Shown here: positions 37,494 through 48,909 of the stretch, in pieces
How positions within the stretch are numbered: position 1 is the first letter of the stretch
Layout of the letters: each line of letters opens with the position of its first letter
Origin: Octopus sinensis
Lineage: Eukaryota
Reading direction: 5' to 3'
DNA: 64,000 nt
Assembly: GCF_006345805.1 (NCBI RefSeq)
Contig: NC_042997.1
Coordinates: forward strand, 176,886,001 to 176,950,000
Translations under genes and position numbers: made by a program
Notes under the pieces: generated by a model
Seen by the model: the letters and a program-made list of their open reading frames with translations, nothing else
Databases searched by the model: none
What the model was told of the DNA's origin: nothing

Positions 37494-38148
37494 GAGGTTG
37501 TATTTCCTCATAACATATAGAAAAATAGATGTCTTTTAATGCAATTTTTGGGTTGTGGCTTATTTTAATACAATATTTAAGTGTACATTTTCATAAATGT
37601 TCGTCTGAGTAGAATTCTAAGCATGTGTGAAACATCGAACGAAAGTGATAAATTAGAAACAAATCAAAATATTGTCCGAAAATGAACTCAAAATTGTGCG
37701 ACCCAACCTAGTTGCCGAGGTTATTTTAGTTGTAAAACAGAGCTGTTGAGTCAAAATCATTGTTTATTTGGTAGATGAATAAAAAGCAGCTTTTTTAATT
37801 ATAATACTCATGTGACTAATTCGGAGAAACACTACTTTCATAATTCACACATCGTCACTCTCGAAATGCAACACTTTGTAATTTTGGTTCAAATTGAAAG
37901 TGTGAAACTATTTTCATTTTCTAATGAAATCTGGTTGTTGTAGAGAAGTGTATTTGAAATAACTATAGCTGGTTATTGAGATAACGTAGAAAATATGTAA
38001 ATGAAAGTTTATTTGATTGTGTTGGAATGCGATGAGCTGGCAGAATGGGATCACGAACTATAAGGATGTTTACTTCATTAGATGTGGGCTCGGTAAAACA
38101 GCGTAAAATATTCTTTACTATAGTTTACTATAGACGTAACGAACGCAG

Positions 38149-38198
<50 letters not shown>

Positions 38199-39982
38199 AT
38201 AGAATTGATAATATCGAAAACAGCAAAACGTACACACACGAAGTTCAAGCGAAACGAAATGTAGTCAATATAGGTGCAAAACATACTTTCTGTAGCATAG
38301 TTATGCTATAAAAAATGAAAAGTCACCAATTTAGCGAAAGTTAGTATTTGGAACATGTATTAAATGTTATAAAATTCACGATTGAATGAATTTCACGGTG
38401 AAAGTGAAAGTCCAAGAAAATTCAGAAGGCATAGTTCAATTTCTCATACAAAAACAATTTATTTTACAATTTTGAAACGAATGCTGAACAAAGTGAATAA
38501 AAAAGGAAGATGCTGTTTTTGATCTGTGTACCATTATAGGATGTAGAATAAATACTGAGTAATGCAGTAAAAAGGTTATGCGACGTTGATATTCGCAGTG
38601 ATCAAGAATACAAGGACTGTTTAAAAAAACAGCATCTTGAAACTGGTTAGAAGGAGTGGAATAACATTTCTGTAATTATATTGAAAGAGTCGGTGAGGCT
38701 TTCTACTTCGGTAAGTTTCCGAATTTATTATAATAACCAGAATAATATTTTTTTCAGATATATTCGCGAGTATTGTGAGTGATACTAAATCAGGTAAATC
38801 TTCATGTTGGTAGTACTTGAAAGTGAACGTTGTTGCTTCTTTGAAGTCCAAGCCGCAAGTAAACTTTCAATATCCGCGCGTACATTAACGCACACGTACA
38901 TTTACGCACACGTGAAGCCTATCTCTGTCCCTGTGTGTGTGTGTATGTGTGTCAGTCGTCACAAAAATGTATGTATACTGACAGGCACAAACACAGTCAT
39001 ACACATATACTTGTCAATCATCGGCCTAACGTACGTAACGAACGTGCGAACACACGCATATAGAAAATGTGACGTCATTGTCATTGTAGTGGTGATATTA
39101 AAATGTCGATAGGTAACTAAAAGAAAAATGATAATGTTAAATTTTTGTAATGCAAATATGTGAATGAAAATATAGTTTAGTTGGTAGCCAAAAACTTACT
39201 GAATATTTTGATACCCCTTACGTGAAAATTAGCAACTCGGTTTCGGAATGCATAAGGAACATAAGCACGCACACACACACACATACAAACTCTCTTTTAT
39301 AGGTATAGATAACATGTAGATAACAGTCACTTCATTTACCGTTGTCACAAACTGTAGTTCTTTGGACAAAATGCCATGTGTTTAATTTCTAATCTTGTCT
39401 CATGTTATGAGAGAATGATTATCTCCTTATCTCCTTGTAATAACTGCCATCACTAAGGAAACCACGTAAATGTATATTCTCGAAAAACAAAACAAAACGA
39501 AATAACTAAATAAAAGAGTCTACTCGAGAAAAAGCACCAGCCAATAAAATCGGTCATTAACCGAAGTAAAAGACACTTGAATCGTATCTGGAGAGCTGTT
39601 TCCAAACAATAGATATATGGTTTGCTACTACCATCAACCTGATTTCTTCTTTAGAAATCCTAGCCTGAATTGATAAAATCAGCCTAAGTAACTGAAAAAT
39701 CGGGAGCAGATGAATTAAGGCGATTTGATGTTGAAATATATTAAGAGAGACCAAACCTTCTAAACCGAACATTTCTCAAGAAGGACGAAAAATACTATCA
39801 AGAAAGAAGGATATTATTTTCATACCTCTACCACCATATAAGGTGTAATGCTACGTACACTGACAAGTTGAGGACTTTGAAAAGAAGATAAACGCAAGAA
39901 GTTTCATGAAAACCTCACTGATTCGAAAGATCGTAAGTGAAGGACAAACATAATCTTGCTGATTACACACACACACACACGT

Positions 39983-40028
<46 letters not shown>

Positions 40029-40214
40029 ATGTATATGTATATATGTGTGTATATCATATATAATATATATATGTGTGTATATTATATATACTCCGGGCGG
40101 TTTTCTGCTAGACCCTTGATAATATTTTCACATCTGATTCCCAGTTCTAATAACCGGTATTGAGGAAGGATAGGAGAATATTAGATTTATAAGCCCTAAA
40201 ATTCACGCCATAAT

Positions 40215-40248
40215 TGTCCAAGATTCCGAGTTCGATTTCAGGCGGTGA

Positions 40249-40320
<72 letters not shown>

Positions 40321-40485
40321 TAATAATAATAATAAAAACACCGAAAAATACCTTAGGAATGAAAACCCAGGTTCGAAATTTCCCCAAAACACCTGATGAA
40401 GGCTGGATGGTATATCAGCCGAAACGTTGTGTTATTAACAAACAAGATGAGGACAAATATCCGTCAAATGTAAATAATGTAAATG
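40215..40485 (+). mobile_element. Short element: B-box-like segment, (AAT)n, hammerhead tail (family G)
   Basis: GAGTTCGATTTC 40228-40239; (AAT)n 40253-40334; hammerhead 40388-40433. Confidence 0.6.
40388..40433 (+). ncRNA. Minimal type I hammerhead ribozyme
   Basis: AACAC-CTGATGA-A-GGCTG-(10 nt loop)-CAGCC-GAAAC-GTT-GTGTT: canonical core, 5-bp stems I and II, AACGTT palindrome, GUU site. Confidence 0.8.
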
Positions 40486-42500
40486 ATATACTTGTTGATG
40501 TTTTTGAAATTCCAATGAAGGAACCTTGAATCTAGGTTAGAAGCCGGCTCTTTCTCTATTGGCAAAGAATCTTGAAATAAGACTGAATGATAGCATACAT
40601 ATACACATTGATACATACAAAAACATGCATACATACATACATACATACATACATACATACATACATACATACATACATACATACATACATAGTATATATG
40701 AACATGTCTAGACATGCAACTATTTGTATGAGAATACATACATAAAACAAAACGTACAAATCTGCACATATACATACATACAAAAATACCCTGCTGATAT
40801 TGAAATTCCAATGAAGGAGTCTTGGATCTAAGTTATATCTATTGGCAAGAAATCTTGAAATAAAGCTGAATAATGACATAATACTTCTCTTCAACCCCTT
40901 TAATTCTCTATTTCATTCGTATTCTGTGTAAGTCGGACCTTTTTGTATATATCCATATATGCTTTTTTGTATTTGATGTATTTAATATACGTTATATATT
41001 GATATAACTTGCTTATTCCTACATTTACTTCTATATGTACATGTATGTATGTATGTATGTATGTATGACTACATGTATGTTTCTATATATCTGTGAGTGG
41101 TGTCTTTTTTTTTGTATTGTGTCTGTTCCCCATCATCGCTTGACAAACCGGTGTTCTTTGTTTGTGTTCTCGTAACTTAGCGGTTCGGCAAAAATGACCG
41201 ATACAAATAAGTAGTGGAGACGAGGCGTTGCCCCAGTATGCCAGCAGTCCTGTGACTGAAACAGATAAAATAATATTAACTCTTTTTCGACATTTCTATA
41301 CACACATGCAATAAATACATATGTTTATATGATAATATCAAGCTGTATCCATTTCGCTTGGCAATTAAATTTTTTTTAAATTTCACAAGTACACTAATTG
41401 GTATAAGCAGTGGAAAATCAGGAAAAATAATCATTAATAGGACATTTCTTGAAATGTTTTAAATAAAAACTGAATTTGAAAACAGAAAAATTAGAAAACA
41501 AAAATACATTTCCAAAAAAAGCAGCGTCTACATTTTTTAATGCTGTATGTAGCGTTATTGCTTTCGTTAGCATTTCTTGAAAACATAGCCAAATCTAAAA
41601 TTGCATTCTAATTTATTTGTAAAATCTATTAAGAAATCCAAAGAAGTCGCCATCTTCACTGATATATATATATTTTCGATTTATTTTATTTTAATTTTAA
41701 AATAAAAACAATTATTTGTGCTGAAAGTATTTTCATTACAATTTATTGATTCCATGCAGATATTCTGGTAATATCTGGGCATAAATAATTAATGTTAATA
41801 TCGTTTCAATTATTTATGCCTATGTAGCTATACGTTTCTGGAACATAATTTTACAAATATTTTTCATAAATTCATAAATTCAACATCTATTTTTAGGTAA
41901 CAACGAATCATAATGAAAACCGAGAAGATATACAATACAGCGATAACACATTCCATGTGAAGCATAGCGAAGCATTAGGAGCTAAGATAAAGAGAGATAA
42001 AAAAATAAAACTCCAACATTAGTTTGTCTAAAATATAGCAAAAATAAAACGTTAATTAAAAAACAAAAAAAAAAAAACAAAAGGAAAGAAGAAAATAGAG
42101 CCATTAGGCTATAAAACAATAATGATTAGTTGTATGTTGTTTATTGGCGTTGGAAATTGACCATAAATACGTGAACCTATGTCAGCAAACGGCTATTCTT
42201 GTAGTTATCAATAAAACATCTCTTTTGCTACAGCTGAGCTGTTTGTTATTTCTCATTATCAAGTTATTGGTTCCCTGCAAAAGTCAGCAACAAAAAATAC
42301 AGCCAGCCAATAAAATGAAAAACTAGGCGTATGTGTGTGCGTGCGTGTGTGTGTGTGTTGACATGTTAAGAATTTAGAAACTTCGAGACGAACGTGAATA
42401 ATTCTTTTTTGGAGCATTAAATCTCGAAGCATATAATATATAATATTATGCAATATAATATAATGTTATATAATATAATATTATACAATATAAGTTATAT

Positions 42501-42806
42501 GTGGAGGCGCAATGGCCTAGTGGTTAGGGCAGCGGACTCGCGGTCGCAGGATCGCGGTTTCGATTCCCAAACCGGGCGTTGTAAGTGTTTATTGAGCGAA
42601 AACACCTAAAAGCTCCACGAAGCTCCGGCAGGGGGTGGTGATCCCTGCTGTACTCTTTCATCACTCTTTCTTCCACTCTTTCTTCTGTTGGCCTGCTCGC
42701 TTAGCCAGCGGGATGGCGTCATTCGAAGGCTAAAACAATGCGAACGCATTGTGACCAGCGATGTGTAACAACATCTGATGGTCTGGTCGGTCACGTGATC
42801 ACGTGA
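42501..42806 (+). mobile_element. tRNA-derived SINE family C, tail type 1
   Basis: A box TGGCCTAGTGG, B box GTTTCGATTCC; ends TCACGTGATCACGTGA. Confidence 0.9.
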
Positions 42807-42844
42807 ATATGTCATATAATATAATATGATATAATATAATAAGG

Positions 42845-43000
42845 CGCTGAGCTGGCAGAATCGTTAGCACGCTAGACAAAATGCTTTACGTTCTGGATTC
42901 AAATTCCACCGTGGTTGACTTTGTCTTTTGGAGTCAATGAAATAAGTACCAGTTGAGGGATCGATGTATTCGACTTCCGTGTCCCTTAAAATTAAAGAAC
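42845..43000 (+). mobile_element. Old SINE family A copy
   Basis: GGCGCTGAGCTGGCAGAATCGTTAGCAC head and degenerate body; similar old copies at about 61-200(-), 17270-17445(-), 46886-47098(+), 47478-47660(-), 59275-59410(-), 63725-64000(-). Confidence 0.75.
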
Positions 43001-43142
43001 CATGGGAATACTGTGATAACTGATAAAATCACTAAAACCTCATTAGGCAAATTGTTACTCGGACATACAAATATGACGCTTTGTCGTTGATTGCTCATGC
43101 ATTTACACCAGAAAACCACACACACTAGCACTGAGCATTTCC

Positions 43143-43541
43143 CTTCACCCACACCATACACTATCATCCGTACACCCACACATTACTGACGCACACACAC
43201 ACGCACACACACACGCACACATCAACACACGTCAAAGTCACTAGCCCCTATACACACACACATACAAATTCTCAGATACACACACGCACGTGCACCTTCG
43301 TTTTGAGATCAACAATACTTTATTATCTACCCTCCTTTTTACCTCTCCTGTCAAACCCTTTTTTTCCAAACAGTCGCCATGCTTGACCTCTAAATCCTTC
43401 TTATTGCCTTCTGTTGAAGAGCGTAAATTCGAGATTTCTCAAAAGTAGCTGTCCCCTCGTGCACAATCCTTCTCCACCTGCTATATATATATTTGTTTTG
43501 TACACCACCTGTCTTCGTCTTTTGTTTTTTTCATAAACTCT

Positions 43542-43545
<4 letters not shown>
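43143..43545 (+). mobile_element. Longer family F copy whose hammerhead is replaced by an RTE-derived filler
   Basis: CTGTTGAAGAGCGTA, then 55 nt matching 2195-2249 (51/55), then TTTGTTTTGTACACCACCTGTCTTCGTC as at 24443-24470. Confidence 0.75.
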
Positions 43546-43579
<34 letters not shown>

Positions 43580-43637
43580 TCGGTTTCTAAATTCGGTGTG
43601 CGGTAAGGCAATTCGTTGCTAAACCTTTAATTGCTTA

Positions 43638-43677
<40 letters not shown>

Positions 43678-44619
43678 TTGCAGCATGGAAGGTGTTTATA
43701 AGCCATTTAAGAAACACACAAAAATCGTTAGATTCACTTCTACATTTAAATTTCATTTAAATATTTTCGTCGCTTTGAGACCCCGACCTGTTCACTGACA
43801 AAATTCCGTGCTGCAGCACACTCACACATAACTACATGTGGGTGCATGTTTTATTAAAAACAGAAGTATGATCCACTTTATTTGTTTTTAATACAGATTT
43901 TTCATATATCCGTACAGTCTTTTGTTGCTGTTTGTTTGCAACAATAGGATTCCTAAATCCATACAACATTTCCAGAATCTTGCTAATCTCAATTTCGGAA
44001 TATGAAATAGAGTTAGTTTCTATATTGCTTCATTTATGCTAGAAAAATATATGTAGATTTTACCAGCAGTGATTTTTCTTTTGATCGTTAGACGTCTACG
44101 TCAGTAATCCTCGTTCTTATTTGTTTTTTTGTAGTAAAATTTATGTAGGCTATACTGTCTAAATATTTTGTTAGTCAGGCTTCGACGTCAATAATCACGT
44201 GTCAAGTTTTTGACGTGTGCATTTGTTTGTATGTGTATTTTAGCATTGTGTTGCAGCATGGGTACTGCTTCCAATTATTAATCAATTTTTTTCTTTTTCT
44301 TTGGTAGGGAATTTTATAGAGTATGGATTTATTATCCATTAATGCTTTTCTGCTTAGCTTTGTTTTGCGTGGTGTGATATAGTGTGTTCAGATTGATCCT
44401 TGCTGTAAATGCATGGTGAGTCTATGAAAGAGTGTTGCACAAGTATAGGCAACATAAGAGCCGAACTCTTGAAGTTCACACACATATTCACATAAACACT
44501 CTAACTCACATACACTCGTATGCTCATGTGTGATTTCTAAACTCTAGGAACGGTATACAAACGGATTAACATTTAAAATTTCACTGACAATTATGTGTGT
44601 GTATACACACACAAACATA

Positions 44620-44694
<75 letters not shown>

Positions 44695-45623
44695 CAACGT
44701 CGAAATGTCTTTCTATCTGTCTACCTACCTCTGTCTCACTCTCGGTCTCTGTCTCTCATTCTTTCACTCTCTCCACTCACAGGTACGCATACACGCACAT
44801 ACATACGCATGCACGTACACACACACACATACGCACACACACATATGTAAAACGTATGGATCAAAGAGGTATTTCTGCTTTTAAGGCATGCTGTCAGTTT
44901 ATGACGGCAGCGGATGATAAGCAGAAATCTGGAAATATTTCATTTTTATTTGCTCGCACATTACAAATAGTGCAGCCGATAGAAATATTAACGTATCCTG
45001 TAAAATGATAAGCGTAAAATCTCTCATTAGGATTTACTTTTTTACTCTTTTATTTGTTTCAGTCATGTGAAGTGAGGCCATGCTGGAGCACCGCCTTTGG
45101 TCGATTTGCTCGATCCCAGGACTTATACTTTGTAAGCCTTGTTTGAATTGCATATAATCTTGCGGAATGGGTGTTTATATTGAGTATATATATTTTTGGT
45201 CGAATTTTATATGATTTATCTATATATGTAGAGGTATTTTAAATAAGGGTGTATTTATTTCAATAATTAAAAAATACAAAACACGTATAGGCTAAAAAAA
45301 ACTATATTTTAGTTCTCTCTGATAATGAAATCTTTGACAGGGAAACAGAATCTGAGCATAAATTTCAGTATGATTTGAGGCTATGGTAAAGTCACATGTC
45401 CAAATGCTTCGCAGACAGATTGAACAATGGAATTTTATAATTTTAGCCATTCAGCCATGCTTGCGTTCACACACACACCACGCGCACACGCACGCACGCA
45501 CACACACACACACACACACACGTGCATGTGCGTACACACATATTTAGAAGAGTAAAGAAGCCAAGATTTCACAGATGATTCATTATTACACTGTTTTTCA
45601 GTTATTTACACTGTTAAATACTG

Positions 45624-45666
<43 letters not shown>

Positions 45667-45781
45667 AATCCAAACATGAACAAGCAACAACGTGAGGACG
45701 TGGAATATGTGATAATAATAGTAATAATAATAATAAGCATGCACACACTCGTGGCATGTCTTCCCCCACGTTCGAAAACAT

Positions 45782-45783
<2 letters not shown>

Positions 45784-45864
<81 letters not shown>

Positions 45865-45865
45865 G
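45784..45865. repeat. (CTAT)n microsatellite
   Basis: Direct reading. Confidence 0.97.
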
Positions 45866-48420
45866 TCTATGTATTCATACTTACCTATTGAAAATATGTA
45901 AATATTTATACGGATGATTATACGGATATCTTGCACACACACATATGAAGGATTATCGTTGTTGTAATGGCATTTGACTGTAGAATGCAATCCATCAATT
46001 GACAACAAACATCTTACACATTTTAATTTTGTTTTCATGTCTTGTTCATTTTATAGTTTCCGTCAGTTTTTTTTAAAACATTATCTCTGTAAAAATGGTT
46101 GCTGTATAGATTGTAGCTATCTTTTGCAGTATTGTGATTTTCGTTTTTAATGGCAAATGATTTCTCTAGAAAACATCGATTATTATCTCAGTGGACAGAA
46201 TATTTTTGTTTTATTTGGTGGAGATAAGGGATTTAAGACCAATTCTGTTTAACCATTAAGTAAATCCGCGATGCACATATAGCTATAATACATAACGTCG
46301 TAGCCTTATATTAGCCTCTCTTATTTTTTTTTTGTTAATATCAAAATCTATTTTGTTTTTAATTCTTCTATTATGAGTTTGCACATGCTTTATTTTTCCC
46401 TGCTCAACATCAGCTTCTCGTTCTACAAGATTTCTGAAAGCTTCTTGTTGAAGAAAATATTATACAACATTAATTTCTATTTTCGTTTTTTTTTTATTGC
46501 TCCATTATATAAAAACCAAGAAAAGGGGTAGCATTTCCACGCATTATGTGTTTTGTCTTATTTGGTAAGCTATAATAATGTTAGACCTTTGAAACCAAAA
46601 CTACTCTAGAATTTATATATTTATTAAAAATAATTTTTTTTTAATTGCGTGCACATGAGCAAACAAAATCTGCCAAGCACGTTTCGTTTACTATCCCTTT
46701 AAGCAGAGCCAGGGAGTTCTCGACTGGATAGTAAAATAAAATATAAAAATATGATAATAACAATAATCCTTTCTCCTGGATGCTATATACAGATATATAT
46801 TACGCTCTGCTGGAACTTTGGTGATTGATAGTCAATAGTTTACATTTGTGCTTTGTGTTTGTGTAATATCATTTGTACATGAGAGGGGCAAGCTGGCAGA
46901 ATATTTACCGGGCCAGACAAAAAGCTTAATCGTAAATCTTTCGACTTTACGTTCTGAGTTCATATATCCGCGGGGTTGACATTACCTTTCTTCCTTTAGG
47001 GGGTTGATAAAACAAGTACCAGCTGTGCACTGATGTCAATGTAATCGAGTAATTATTCCCCTGAAATTGCTGGCTTTGTGCAAAATTTGAAACCAATATT
47101 AATTGTGCATGTGAAAATGTTTGAATTAAATTCTTAACAGTATGTTTATGTGTCAAAGACAACAATAAGTGGTTGGCCATAATAGTCATACATGTTTTTC
47201 AATTTTTCCCAAGCCGCTGCTCTTGAGGTCATGTTGTAGTGGTGATAGTTGTGGATGTAGCTTCAGTCTTCAACTTCAGCCAACAGTTAAATAGAGTGTT
47301 CTTGTCTGTTGATACGTTTCTCGATTCAAAACTAGGTCGTAGATGGAGAAAAAACGTCTCGTAACTTGTTTTTATATGTTTGAAGTTCAAGAAGAGTTGA
47401 GTTTTCACTTTTAATTGGTTGAGAAAAGCTGGGATATTCTAAACAAAATAGCTTTCTTATTCCTGAGCTAATATAAATATTGATTTCAAATTTTAGCACA
47501 AGGTCAGCAATTTCAGGACAAGGGGCTAGTTGATTGCATTGACTCCAGTACTTAACTTGTATAATACATATTTTATCGACCCCGAAAGGATGAAAGGCAA
47601 AGTCGACTTCGGTGGAATTTGAACTCAGAACGTAAAGATGGATGAAATGCCGCCAGGCGTGCTATAAATAAGCTCATATAATTATAACAAACAAGAGTTA
47701 GCAAAAATGTTGAGAGTGGACCAGTAGTTCAGTAGTTCGAATCTCGTCTTGATTAGCGTTACAATAATCTTTCTTCAGTGAGTTGGCTGTAAAACAACGA
47801 ACGAAGAGCATATCGAAATTAAGACAGAAAATGTATTCTAAAGTATGAATGAGATTTAAAGCCAAAGTACACACCGTAAGTTCTAGAAGAGAGAATCTGT
47901 TGTGTGAGAGATCTGTAGTGGAGGTGTGATACATTTGAGCCAGTAGTAGCCATGTTGCCTATAACAATAAGTAAATATTCAAGTAAGTCTGAACATTGAA
48001 CGGCAGAAAGCGAAGTTATATATGCTTCATGATTTCTAGTGAACGAAGCTATAAAAGAAAAAAGAAAAAGAAAGAAAAGGAATAAAAGACTGCTATTCTC
48101 ACTTCTAAGTAAATTAGGAAAACTTCTGGCAGTATATGTTTATTTAGATGTCTTGGAAGGAAACGCAAAAGGCCAAATGAGCATGCTTTTGTGATCGTGA
48201 ATACTCACTATGTGCAAAGTTAAGTCCAACGGGCTTCAATAATAAAGAGGTGCTGGATGCAAGGTAGTATAGAATGAAAGATAGTTAACGGCTGAATGAA
48301 AAAGCATAGGACGCATAATCTGTATTCTTTACTAAAATGCCAAAGAAAAGTGTCAGGCAGCGCTATATAGCCAGATGAAGAACAAATGCTGTGCAGCTTT
48401 CTTTGTTGAAATGTGATATA

Positions 48421-48671
48421 CTCTCTTTTACTCTTTTACTTGTTTCAGTCATTTGACTGTGGCCATACTGGAGCACCGCTTTTAGTCCAGCAAATCGATC
48501 CCAGGACTAATTCTTTGTAAGCCTAGTACTTATTCTATCGGTGTCTTTTGCTGAACCGCTAAGTGACGGGGAGGTAAACACACCAGCATCGGTTGTCAAG
48601 CGATGGTAGGGGGACAAACATAACCCCCCCCCCCACACAAACACTCACACACACACACAAAAACACACGCA

Positions 48672-48733
<62 letters not shown>

Positions 48734-48909
48734 CATACATATACACGACAGGCTTCTTTCAGTTTCCGTCTACCAAATCCACTCACAAGGCTTTGGTCGG
48801 CCCGAGGCTATAGTAGAAGACACTTGCCCAAGTTGCCACGCAGTGGGACTGACCCCGGAACCATGTGGGTTTGTAAGCAAGCTACTTACCACACAGCCAC
48901 TCCTGCGCC
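48421..48909 (-). mobile_element. Full-length SINE family B (tRNA-like head, internal (TG)n, tail)
   Basis: Head GGCGCAGGAGTGGCTGTGTGGTAAG...CCGGGGTCAGTCCC; tail ends GACTGAAACAAGTAAAAGAGTAAAAGAG; partial tails also at 41115-41270(+) and 45035-45140(-). Confidence 0.88.

Noticed and set aside
40510-40550. Hammerhead in CCAATGAAGG...TTAGAAGCCGG
   Set aside because: The core lacks CUGA and GAAA; stems are not convincing
42501-42575. tRNA gene (also heads at 3765-3835, 14650-14725, 48840-48909)
   Set aside because: A and B boxes run directly into SINE bodies and no complete cloverleaf is evident
43948-44005. LRR-like peptide IPKSIQHFQNLANLNFG
   Set aside because: Single short match ending in a stop, with no donor site
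45877-45886. U1 snRNA 5' end (ATACTTACCT)
   Set aside because: Only 10 nt match and no downstream U1 sequence
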